The notes under the pieces were generated by a model that saw only the letters and a list, made by a program, of their open reading frames with translations, had not been told where the DNA came from and ran no database searches. This document shows positions 1 through 7,521 of a stretch of 64,000 nt of DNA, in pieces; position 1 is the stretch's first letter, and the number at the start of each line of letters is the position of its first letter. Both the position numbers and the translations under genes were made by a program. The stretch is from Bacteroidia bacterium. GTDB taxonomy: Bacteria > Bacteroidota > Bacteroidia > UBA7662. The DNA is taken from NCBI GenBank assembly GCA_046291695.1, contig JBKBSO010000011.1, positions 1,548-65,547 on the forward strand, in the 5' to 3' direction.

Positions 1-2928
1 GGGCACCAAAGCCAGTTTATCTAGGCGACTTACCTCCACCACATAACAATCGAACTCTTCGGTAACCCTGCCGTAAATGGCGTAAATGCCCCGTCCCCTG
101 AACGGATATTGCTGGGCCACCTGCGGAAAATGCACCGTATCGAGGTAGTCGCCCGCCCGGTCGATGAAGGTTCCAAACTGCATACGCTCTCCCTTGCTTG
201 TGCGGGTATCCTTGAGGGTCACCAAATACCCGCTGATACACACCTCCCTGCCCTTATGCGCCGGCAAATCAGCTGCCGAAATGCCTCGGGGCGGGGCTTC
301 GAGCAGCAAATCAAACGGACTGCATAGCGGAAAACCCAGCAACTCAAGCTCATCAAAAGCATCTTCAAGTTGTTCCTGATCGAGTGCCGGCAATTGATAT
401 GCTGTAACAGCACTTCTGAACAACTCAGGCATAGGGTTTTGGGGCTTGGGAGCAACCCCCAGATGTACCTCCCACATCAGCTGTTTTTTGGTTTTGCCGG
501 TAAACCTAAAAGCCCCTGCGCGCACCAGCAGGGCTGCCTGTTCGTGCGCAATGCCGCTGCGCCTGCAGCAATCGGTAAGCGAAACAAAAGGTCCCTGCAG
601 CCGGCGTTGGTGCACAATGGCCGCCGCCGCTTTGCTTTCAAGTCCTTTGATCATGGTTAACGCCAACCAAATGGTGCTTCCCGCCGCCCGCACCAGCAGT
701 TCGCTTTGGTTTACACAAGGCCCTTCAATGTGGGCACCCTGCATGCGGGCCTCGTGCACATAGTGTTCGGCACTGTAAAATCCACCGGCATTGTTGAGCG
801 TAGCCACCATGTATTCGATGGGAAAATAGGCCTTCAAAAACAAACTCTGGTAACTTTCTACCGCATATGAAGCCGAATGCCCCTTGGCAAAAGCATAACC
901 TGCAAAACTTTCAATTTGCCGCCACACCTCACTGCTCAAGGCATCGGCATAGGCCCGTTGCCGGCAATTGGCAAAAAACTTCTGTCGCACCTGCTCAAAC
1001 TCTTCGCGCCCCCTAAACTTCCCACTCATACCCCGGCGCAACACATCGGCCTCGGCCAAACTCAAGCCCGCAAAATAATGCGCCACCTTGATCACGTCTT
1101 CCTGGTACACCATCACCCCGTAAGTTTCGGGCATAATTTTAAGCATCACCGGATGCGCCTCCTTGCGCCGCTCAGGAAAACGGTACCTGAGGATGTACTC
1201 GCGCATCATGCCCGAATTAGATACCCCCGGCCGAATGACTGAACTGGCCGCCACCAAACCCAAATAATCGTCTACCCGCAATTTGCGCATCAACATCCGC
1301 ATGGCTGGCGATTCTACATAAAAACAACCAATAGCTCGGGCATGGCGCAGCAGCTCTTTGATGCGCTCATCTTCCTTAAAACGTTTGATGTCGTGGATGT
1401 CGAAAGCCGGCGCATCGGGCCGGTTGTACGCAATTACATCGAGCGTATCCCTGATTTTGCCCAAGCCACGCTGACTCAACACGTCAAATTTATACAGGCC
1501 CGCATCTTCGGCCACCACCATATCGAACATGGTAGTAGGAAATCCCTTAGGTGGCATAAAAGTAGCCGTAAAAGCCGCAATGGGTGTTTCGGTGATGAGG
1601 ATGCCCCCGGCATGTATGCTCAAATGGCTGGGAATGTCTTGTAACAAACCCGCATATTGCAGCAATAAACGCGACTGCCGGTCGAGTTGCTGCACATCAA
1701 ACTTGCCCTCCGAAAGCCGGTCGATTTCATCCTTAGGCAACCCAAACACCTTGCCCAACTCGCGCACCACCGCCTTAAACTGAAAGGTAATGTAGGTGCC
1801 CAGCAAGGCCACATGCGGAAAACGGCTGAACATAAAACGAATCACATCGTCGCGGTCGGCCCACGAAAAGTCGATGTCAAAATCGGGCGGGTTCCGCCGG
1901 TATAAATTGATGAAGCGCTCAAAATACAAATCGAGCTCCACCGGATCTACATCGGTAATGCGCAGCAAATAGGCCACCAAACTGTTAGCGCCACTGCCCC
2001 TGCCCACGTAAAAATAGCCCTTCGAACGGGCATACTTCAGCATTTTCCAGTTGATAAGGAAGTACGACACATAACGCTTCTGCCGGATGATTTCGAGCTC
2101 CTTGGCCAACCTTTCGAGCACCTGGGCCGAAGGTTGCGGATAACGGTAGGGCAAACCGGCATAACACAAATGCCGCATCAGCCGGTAGTCGAGCCCCTCG
2201 TTGCCGGTATAGGTACGCAGATTTTTATGCGGATACTGCTCGCCAAACTCAAATTGAATGCGACAATCGTCGAGCAAACAGCGGGTATGGTACACCAGCT
2301 CGGGGAAATCGGCAAAAGCCGCCAGCAACTTTTCGAGCGGCATCCACACATCGCCCGGTTGGGCCAGCTCGGTTTCGGGCAGCTTGCTGAGCAAGCAATT
2401 GTTGTCGATGGCCCGCAACAAGCGGTGCATGTGCCAATGCCTGTCGTTGGAAAAGGTGGCAGGCTGTAAAATTACTGCCTGTTCAAGTGGATAACGCCGG
2501 GCATGCACCCGCAAATGATTCAAATCGGCCAAACTCACCCCCAGCCGCTCGTGTGACTGCAAACGGTGCCCGTCCCACTTGCGCAAAGGGTACACCACCA
2601 CCACTCCCGGCAAATGCGGTCCCCGCGAGGTAAAACGGTTGCCCGCATGCAACTGGGCACTCAACCAACTGCACAGGGCCTGGTAGCCGCCATTGTCGCG
2701 GGCCAAACACACATAGGCCGAGGCTACCCCATTGCGACAATCGACTCCCACCACCGGACGTACCCCAAACTTGGGGGCTAGGCGCACAAAATCGAGCACC
2801 GCCGAGGTGCTGTTGATGTCGGTCAAGGCCACGCAGTCGACCCCCGCCAAACGGGCCTGTTCGAGCAACTGCATGGGCGATAGACAGCCGTAGCGCAGAC
2901 TAAACCAACTGTGTGTTTGCAAATACAC
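1..2928 (-). CDS. dnaE2: Error-prone DNA polymerase III alpha-like DnaE2. Partial: the C-terminal part runs off the window at position 1. Start is probably GTG at 2926-2928.
   Basis: Hand translation of the minus strand gives a continuous ~976 aa frame with an N-terminal PHP domain (VYLQTHSWFSLRYGCLSP...VALTDINS), Pol III alpha core motifs (GHSASYAVESYQSLFLKAYFPIEYMVATLNNAGGFY) and a C-terminal OB region. The ORF is absent from the six-frame track because it has no stop within the window. GTG is preceded 4 nt upstream by AGGAGG, and an in-frame TGA lies upstream of the GTG. Confidence 0.8.
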   Translation of the reverse strand, partial: MYLQTHSWFSLRYGCLSPMQLLEQARLAGVDCVALTDINSTSAVLDFVRLAPKFGVRPVVGVDCRNGVASAYVCLARDNGGYQALCSWLSAQLHAGNRFTSRGPHLPGVVVVYPLRKWDGHRLQSHERLGVSLADLNHLRVHARRYPLEQAVILQPATFSNDRHWHMHRLLRAIDNNCLLSKLPETELAQPGDVWMPLEKLLAAFADFPELVYHTRCLLDDCRIQFEFGEQYPHKNLRTYTGNEGLDYRLMRHLCYAGLPYRYPQPSAQVLERLAKELEIIRQKRYVSYFLINWKMLKYARSKGYFYVGRGSGANSLVAYLLRITDVDPVELDLYFERFINLYRRNPPDFDIDFSWADRDDVIRFMFSRFPHVALLGTYITFQFKAVVRELGKVFGLPKDEIDRLSEGKFDVQQLDRQSRLLLQYAGLLQDIPSHLSIHAGGILITETPIAAFTATFMPPKGFPTTMFDMVVAEDAGLYKFDVLSQRGLGKIRDTLDVIAYNRPDAPAFDIHDIKRFKEDERIKELLRHARAIGCFYVESPAMRMLMRKLRVDDYLGLVAASSVIRPGVSNSGMMREYILRYRFPERRKEAHPVMLKIMPETYGVMVYQEDVIKVAHYFAGLSLAEADVLRRGMSGKFRGREEFEQVRQKFFANCRQRAYADALSSEVWRQIESFAGYAFAKGHSASYAVESYQSLFLKAYFPIEYMVATLNNAGGFYSAEHYVHEARMQGAHIEGPCVNQSELLVRAAGSTIWLALTMIKGLESKAAAAIVHQRRLQGPFVSLTDCCRRSGIAHEQAALLVRAGAFRFTGKTKKQLMWEVHLGVAPKPQNPMPELFRSAVTAYQLPALDQEQLEDAFDELELLGFPLCSPFDLLLEAPPRGISAADLPAHKGREVCISGYLVTLKDTRTSKGERMQFGTFIDRAGDYLDTVHFPQVAQQYPFRGRGIYAIYGRVTEEFDCYVVEVSRLDKLALVP

Positions 2929-2940
2929 GTCCCCTCCTGC

Positions 2941-3735
2941 TCATCCTGCTCCCAATTTGTTGTTTTGTACCAGCATCCGCAATTCTTGCAGCAAATACTG
3001 CATGTCGGGTGCCACTTCGCCCGGCTCGGGCAAGCTAAAACTCAAATAACCCACGGCCTTCCATACCTCCAGCACCTCTTCACTGTCCAAACGATAGGGC
3101 GCATAAGCGGGGTTGTCAGACCGCAACTCCACATAACCTGCCTCCCAATGCTGCTTCACCCGCTTATATACCACCCCTTCGTTTTTCGAAACCACCACAC
3201 ACGATTGATAATCGCGCAAGCTGCGCCAATCTTGCACATAGGCCACTATCACATAAGCACCGTCAGGCAAGGGCAACATGCTGTCGCCTTTGATTTGAAA
3301 CAAGCGGTACGACCGCTGTGCACTTAACTCGGGCACCGGCAACTGAAAGGCCGGCAACTGCGCCACAAAATCCAGATCGCGGTGACCTTCCAAATAACCC
3401 GCAGCTGCCTGTACCGGTACAATGCTGATGCGCTCCTCCCCATCTTGCTCCCCCACTGGCACCGGCAACACCCGCAAACGCTCCCCCGCAACATCTACCA
3501 CCCGGCGCGGCTGCTGCCCGGCCGACAAATCGCGCCGCAGCAAATCGTCAACACTGCAACCCAATAAGTCGGCCAATTGCAACAATACCGGCAAACGCGG
3601 CTCCGCCCTTCCTTCCTCATACGCCCCCAAAGCCGCCCTGCCCACACCCAACTTGCGCGCCAAATCACTTTGCGTATCGCCCGAACGACGACGCAGAAAC
3701 CGAATATTGACTGCTAAAGTGGGTGATGATTTCAT
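2941..3735 (-). CDS. LexA-like SOS repressor: XRE-type HTH fused to an S24 (LexA/UmuD) peptidase domain.
   Basis: N-terminus IRFLRRRSGDTQSDLARKLGVGRAALGAYEEG is a typical HTH_XRE. C-terminus has the S24 catalytic Ser (FQIKGDSMLP) and Lys (VVSKNEGVVYKRV). It ends 12 bp from the dnaE2 start on the same strand. Confidence 0.7.
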   Translation of the reverse strand: MKSSPTLAVNIRFLRRRSGDTQSDLARKLGVGRAALGAYEEGRAEPRLPVLLQLADLLGCSVDDLLRRDLSAGQQPRRVVDVAGERLRVLPVPVGEQDGEERISIVPVQAAAGYLEGHRDLDFVAQLPAFQLPVPELSAQRSYRLFQIKGDSMLPLPDGAYVIVAYVQDWRSLRDYQSCVVVSKNEGVVYKRVKQHWEAGYVELRSDNPAYAPYRLDSEEVLEVWKAVGYLSFSLPEPGEVAPDMQYLLQELRMLVQNNKLGAG

Positions 3736-3738
3736 GAT

Positions 3739-3753
3739 GCTAATTTAATTAGC
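3739..3753. promoter_or_regulatory. 15-bp palindrome GCTAATT-T-AATTAGC, 4 nt upstream of the LexA-like start codon. Candidate autoregulatory (SOS) operator.
   Basis: Perfect 7-bp arms read directly from the sequence. Position relative to the repressor gene is suggestive only. Confidence 0.3.
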
Positions 3754-3804
3754 TTTCTAATATAAACAGCATTTTAGAAACGAAATTTTTCCACACATAA
3801 TTTA

Positions 3805-3834
3805 TAGATAATTACATCTATTTATCTATATTTG
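3805..3834 (+). promoter_or_regulatory. Inverted repeat TAGATAA-N10-TTATCTA overlapping a TAnnTTTG-type -7 element (TATATTTG at 3827-3834), about 32 nt upstream of the oxidoreductase ATG.
   Basis: Sequence inspection. The -7 consensus is the Bacteroidetes sigma-A type. Confidence 0.3.
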
Positions 3835-3865
3835 TACGATAAATCACCTAAACAACCAACCAGTC

Positions 3866-5062
3866 ATGAAAACCGTCATTATTGGAGGAAATTTTGCAGG
3901 ATTTACAGCTGCCCTCGAACTCAAACGAAAAAACAAAACCGTCGATGTTACTGTCATCGACCGTTCTCCCTATTTTTTATTTATTCCTTCCCTTATATGG
4001 GTACCCTTCAAGCGCCGGAATATTGAAGACATACAAGTGCGTAAAGACACCATCTTCCGCAAAAAAGGCATTCGCTTTATCGAAGCCGAAGCCTTGAACG
4101 TAGATCCCGAAAAGCAAATTGTAAACACCACCCAAGGCCCGATTGATTACGATCACCTGGTGGTAGCTACCGGACCTAAAGTTGATTTCGACGTGGCTCC
4201 CGGTGTACGCGAACACTCTTATTATATAGGTACCCCACCCGGTGCCATGCAAACCCGCGAAAAATTGGAAGCCTTTTTAAACGACCCAGGTCCAGCCGTA
4301 GTAGCTGCCACCCAGCGAGCAGGTTGTATGGGTGCTGCCTACGAGTTTTTGTTCAATCTCGAAAAATGGCTACGAGAGAAAGGCGTACGTAAAAAAGTTG
4401 ATTTGTACTGGATTACTCCCGAAAACTATCTCGGACACTTTGGCATTGATGGCATGCCCGGTGGCGAAACCATGCTCACCGGCTTTATGAAAATGTTTAA
4501 TATTCACTACCGTACCGAAGCCGCCATCAAAGAAGTGAAAGCCGACAGCGTGCTACTCGAAGGGGGTGAAGTAGTTCCCAGCAAGTTTACCATGGTGATG
4601 CCTCCCTTTATAGGACAAGACTTTGTACGAAATTCACCCCTGCTGCCTTCAACCCCGGCCGGTTACCTGCCTGTGGGCGAAGATTACCGCCACCCCCAAT
4701 ATGCCAATGTATGGGCCGCCGGCATTGCGGTTGATGTACAACCGCCCTTCCAAGCCGGTAAGGTTCCCTTTAACTCACCCAAAACTGGTTACCCTTCCGA
4801 CGAAACCGGCAAAATAGTAGCCGAAAACATCCTGCGGGTGGAGCGCGGCGAAGAAAAACTGGTAAAAAAAGCCTGGGGAAAAATTCCTGGCATCTGTATC
4901 ATGGATGCCGGTAAAAAAGAAGTCATTATCCTAAGCGACCACCTGTTTAAACCCAGGAAGTTTGCCCTGATGATACCCAATGTGTTTTACGATGTATTTA
5001 AGGTACTGTTCGAAAAATACTTTTTATGGAAAACAAGGCGGGGTTTATCATACCTGCCTTGA
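3866..5062 (+). CDS. FAD/NAD(P)-dependent pyridine nucleotide-disulfide oxidoreductase of the sulfide:quinone oxidoreductase / type II NADH dehydrogenase family.
   Basis: N-terminal Rossmann motif VIIGGNFAGFTAALEL...VTVID and a second dinucleotide-binding region. 398 aa. Confidence 0.6.
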   Translation: MKTVIIGGNFAGFTAALELKRKNKTVDVTVIDRSPYFLFIPSLIWVPFKRRNIEDIQVRKDTIFRKKGIRFIEAEALNVDPEKQIVNTTQGPIDYDHLVVATGPKVDFDVAPGVREHSYYIGTPPGAMQTREKLEAFLNDPGPAVVAATQRAGCMGAAYEFLFNLEKWLREKGVRKKVDLYWITPENYLGHFGIDGMPGGETMLTGFMKMFNIHYRTEAAIKEVKADSVLLEGGEVVPSKFTMVMPPFIGQDFVRNSPLLPSTPAGYLPVGEDYRHPQYANVWAAGIAVDVQPPFQAGKVPFNSPKTGYPSDETGKIVAENILRVERGEEKLVKKAWGKIPGICIMDAGKKEVIILSDHLFKPRKFALMIPNVFYDVFKVLFEKYFLWKTRRGLSYLP

Positions 5063-5081
5063 TGATTGGTGTTTGTAGGTA

Positions 5082-5106
5082 AGCCCGGCCGGGAGGTCGG
5101 GCTTTT
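5082..5106 (+). terminator. Rho-independent terminator after the oxidoreductase gene.
   Basis: GC-rich hairpin AGCCCG...CGGGCT followed by TTTT. Confidence 0.5.
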
Positions 5107-5123
5107 CTCATGGGTCTAAAAAC

Positions 5124-5149
5124 AAAAAAGCCGACTAAAGTCGGCTTTT
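5124..5149. terminator. Bidirectional rho-independent terminator between the oxidoreductase gene and tRNA-Arg.
   Basis: AGCCGAC-TAAA-GTCGGCT stem-loop with an A-tract on one side and a T-tract on the other. Confidence 0.6.
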
Positions 5150-5150
5150 G

Positions 5151-5224
5151 CGGTCTCGTAGGGATTCGAACCCCAAACCTCCTGATCCGTAGTCAGGTGC
5201 TCTATCCAGTTGAGCTACGAAACC
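5151..5224 (-). tRNA. tRNA-Arg (anticodon ACG), 74 nt, CCA not encoded.
   Basis: Hand-folded cloverleaf: acceptor GGTTTCG/CGAGACC, D-arm GCTC-AACTGGATA-GAGC, anticodon stem CCTGA/TCAGG with loop CTACGGA, T-arm TGGGG-TTCGAAT-CCCTA. Confidence 0.85.
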
Positions 5225-5505
5225 ATGACGTGTGTCATTTGGACTGCAAATATAGTAGAATCAGCTTAATTGTTCAGCCATCGCATTAAAAATAATTTAA
5301 ACCTCATTATAGCCAAAAAAGCACCCCTAGGTATCCTAAAGCTAAGCTATTGACTAATCACTAATAAACAATCACTTACAGAACGACTAAATGTGGATAA
5401 ACCCTCCCAATACACTCAAAAAACAGCATTATTTCCACATTTTTTATAAAAAAAGCTTTCTGTAAGCTTGCAAATGTGTATTTTCAGCCGTCTAACCAAT
5501 TTATT

Positions 5506-5682
5506 ATGGAACAATTTAAAGTATTACACGACCTGTTGATGTCAATGGAAAAGGATTTCCAGAAGTTTTATGATGCTGGCAACAATGCTGCTGGTACTCG
5601 CGTTCGCAAGGGCTTGCAAGATCTCAAGACCAAGTGCCAGGAAATCCGCCTGGATGTCCAGAACCGTAAAAACAACGGTTAA
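5506..5682 (+). CDS. Histone H1-like (Hc1-like) small DNA-binding protein, 58 aa, without the usual Lys/Ala-rich tail.
   Basis: MEQFKVLHDLLMSMEKDFQKFYDAGNNAAGTRVRKGLQDLKTKCQEIR resembles the N-terminal domain of Bacteroidetes and chlamydial H1-like proteins (GN.AAG.R.RK.L..LK). The track ORF begins at GTG 5476, but the ATG at 5506 is more likely. Confidence 0.5.
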   Translation: MEQFKVLHDLLMSMEKDFQKFYDAGNNAAGTRVRKGLQDLKTKCQEIRLDVQNRKNNG

Positions 5683-5685
5683 TCA

Positions 5686-5714
5686 GAAAAAACCCGCCAT
5701 GTGGCGGGTTTTTT
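5686..5714 (+). terminator. Rho-independent terminator after the H1-like gene.
   Basis: CCCGCCA-TG-TGGCGGG followed by TTTTTTT. Confidence 0.7.
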
Positions 5715-5726
5715 TATTTTTGTATC

Positions 5727-6554
5727 ATGTGCGGCAGATACACCTTGGTTTCTAAAGTTGAAGTAATTAAAAGTACATTCAACGTCAATGCAGACTTTCC
5801 ACATTTCTTTAATCCCAACATTGCCGCAGCCGATCAGGCACCGGTAATCACTTCTGCTGCACCAAACCAGCTGCAGCTCTTCCAATTTGGCATGCAGCCG
5901 CCTTGGGCAACCAAAAGCATGCTTTTGCTTAATGCCCGCATGGAAGGCGATCAAAACCCCGACGATAACATGCACTACCGTGGCAGTCCGGGCATCATCT
6001 ACAAACCGGCCTTCCGCAAACCCATTCGAACCCAACGCTGCCTCATTCCCGCCGATGCCTTTATCGAAGGACCCAAAGAAGCACGCTTACAAGAACCCTT
6101 CCTGGTATTTCAGGTGGCAGCCCACAAGCCCTTTGCCTTTGCAGGCCTCTGGGAGCAGTGGAAAGACCTCAAAACCGGTCAATGGCGCACAGGTTTTTGT
6201 ATCATTACCCGTCCACCATTGCCCGTGGTTCAGCAATTGGGCCACCACCGCTCTCCTTTGGTAATCGCACCCGAGCATTACCATACCTGGCTCAATGCAC
6301 AAGCAGAGCTACACGACATCAGTCAAATTCTCAGCACAGGGCACGACCAACACGACTGGAATGCCTATCCCCTCCACCGAAACATCAGCAAGGCCGCCAA
6401 CAAAGACCTATATATCCTGCAGCCACAAGGCGTACCCGTGCTGCCGCTGGAGCAATGGCGATTTGTAACCGAACTCAAACTGAGTGGCATGGGGGCTAGT
6501 CAGGCTCGTGAAAAACGCCAACAAGAACAACACCAACTTCGATTGTTCAAATAA
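5727..6554 (+). CDS. SOS response-associated peptidase (SRAP / YedK / HMCES family), an abasic-site DNA-protein crosslinking protein.
   Basis: The hallmark N-terminus MCGRY (catalytic Cys2), 275 aa. A TAnnTTTG -7 element (TATTTTTG, 5715-5722) ends 4 nt before the ATG, so the transcript may be leaderless. Confidence 0.75.
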   Translation: MCGRYTLVSKVEVIKSTFNVNADFPHFFNPNIAAADQAPVITSAAPNQLQLFQFGMQPPWATKSMLLLNARMEGDQNPDDNMHYRGSPGIIYKPAFRKPIRTQRCLIPADAFIEGPKEARLQEPFLVFQVAAHKPFAFAGLWEQWKDLKTGQWRTGFCIITRPPLPVVQQLGHHRSPLVIAPEHYHTWLNAQAELHDISQILSTGHDQHDWNAYPLHRNISKAANKDLYILQPQGVPVLPLEQWRFVTELKLSGMGASQAREKRQQEQHQLRLFK

Positions 6555-7355
6555 TTATGCTACACAGGGTGGAAAATCTTCACCAAAATCACTTTGATTT
6601 TTTCGCAAACGAAAACGAGATGGGCGATATCCGTACCGCTCCTTAAATTTTGCGCTGAAATATGATATACTTCTGAACCCGGTTAAGCTAGCCACCTCCG
6701 AAACATTAGCGCGATTATCGACAAGTAATTCATGTGCCACTTTCATACGGTAATCACGAATATACTGTTTGGGAGAGCACCCTAGTAATCGACTAATTCG
6801 TCTGTCAAGCTGGCTGGTACTCAATGCCAGATGATCTGCCAAGCCAACGACCTGCAACCCCAAATCTGAAATATTATCGCGAATATATTCATTTACCCTT
6901 TCGATAAAGTGTTCATCTTCCCTTTCAAGTTTTTTGAAACTTTCCGGCAAAATGGTCATTCTACGCACGTGGCCAATAATGGCCTCTCGGTTTCGAATAA
7001 GCGACTGGGTAATGTCTTCAATTAGATCTAGACCGAATGGCTTTTCGAGACAGATATCTGCACCTGCCTGATAACATAAACGTTGTAAATCAGGGTATTC
7101 GCGATGAATAAGCGCTACAATTGGCAAATGGCATAGACGAGCATGCTTACGGATATCTTCGATAAAAAGCTCCGCATTGTGCCTACCCGGAGGCACTGAA
7201 TACACCAATAGCTGCACCGGGAATTCATCCATGTACTGTAGTGCTTGCAGATGATTAGCAAAATCGCGCACAAAATGGCGCTCACGAAGATGAGAAGCCA
7301 AAATGCCCCTGAAGGGATTATTGGCATCAACTAGAACGATTACGTTCGACTTCAT
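6555..7355 (-). CDS. AraC-family transcriptional regulator with an N-terminal receiver-like domain lacking the phospho-acceptor Asp (pseudo-receiver).
   Basis: C-terminal AraC HTH (GLADHLALSTSQLDRR...YIRDYRMKVAHELL). The N-terminal CheY-like fold keeps the K (LEKPF), but DAN replaces the DD pair and there is no Asp at the end of β3. Confidence 0.65.
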   Translation of the reverse strand: MKSNVIVLVDANNPFRGILASHLRERHFVRDFANHLQALQYMDEFPVQLLVYSVPPGRHNAELFIEDIRKHARLCHLPIVALIHREYPDLQRLCYQAGADICLEKPFGLDLIEDITQSLIRNREAIIGHVRRMTILPESFKKLEREDEHFIERVNEYIRDNISDLGLQVVGLADHLALSTSQLDRRISRLLGCSPKQYIRDYRMKVAHELLVDNRANVSEVASLTGFRSISYFSAKFKERYGYRPSRFRLRKNQSDFGEDFPPCVA

Positions 7356-7451
7356 AAAACCTCCTATTTTTTATTTAGTGAATGTGAATAGTTTCTAATC
7401 AATAACTGCTGCAATTTAGTTGACGAAAAAAGTCAACTGCAAACTTTGTAT

Positions 7452-7495
7452 ATATACAAAATGATATACAATTTAATATACAAGTATATATACAA
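7452..7495. repeat. Four direct copies of ATATACAA at an exact 12-bp register (7452, 7464, 7476, 7488) in the divergent AraC/ade promoter region.
   Basis: Counted directly in the sequence. Two of the copies are part of the 12-bp palindrome TGTATATATACA. Confidence 0.6.
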
Positions 7496-7521
7496 GCCCT
7501 AAAACCGCTAATTTTAGGGCT
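7495..7521 (+). promoter_or_regulatory. Perfect 10-bp stem-loop (AGCCCTAAAA - CCGCTAA - TTTTAGGGCT) ending 1 nt before the ade ATG.
   Basis: Sequence inspection. It would occlude the translation initiation region. Confidence 0.4.

Noticed and set aside
1-2940. No long ORF in the six-frame track over the first 2.9 kb. Considered a pseudogene or non-coding region.
   Set aside because: Hand translation of the minus strand gives an uninterrupted about 976-aa DnaE2 frame. It is missing from the track only because it has no stop codon inside the window (the gene runs off the edge).
2911-3748. Plus-strand ORFs (2911-3327, 3382-3567, 3422-3748) and many other antisense or overlapping ORFs throughout the track.
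   Set aside because: They are embedded in, and antisense to, well-supported genes, lack motifs, and are typical GC-rich shadow ORFs.
7356-7521. Purine riboswitch upstream of adenine deaminase.
   Set aside because: The conserved purine-riboswitch core (UUUCUACC and CCGUAAAU-type segments and the three-way junction) is absent. Only a simple hairpin and direct repeats are present.
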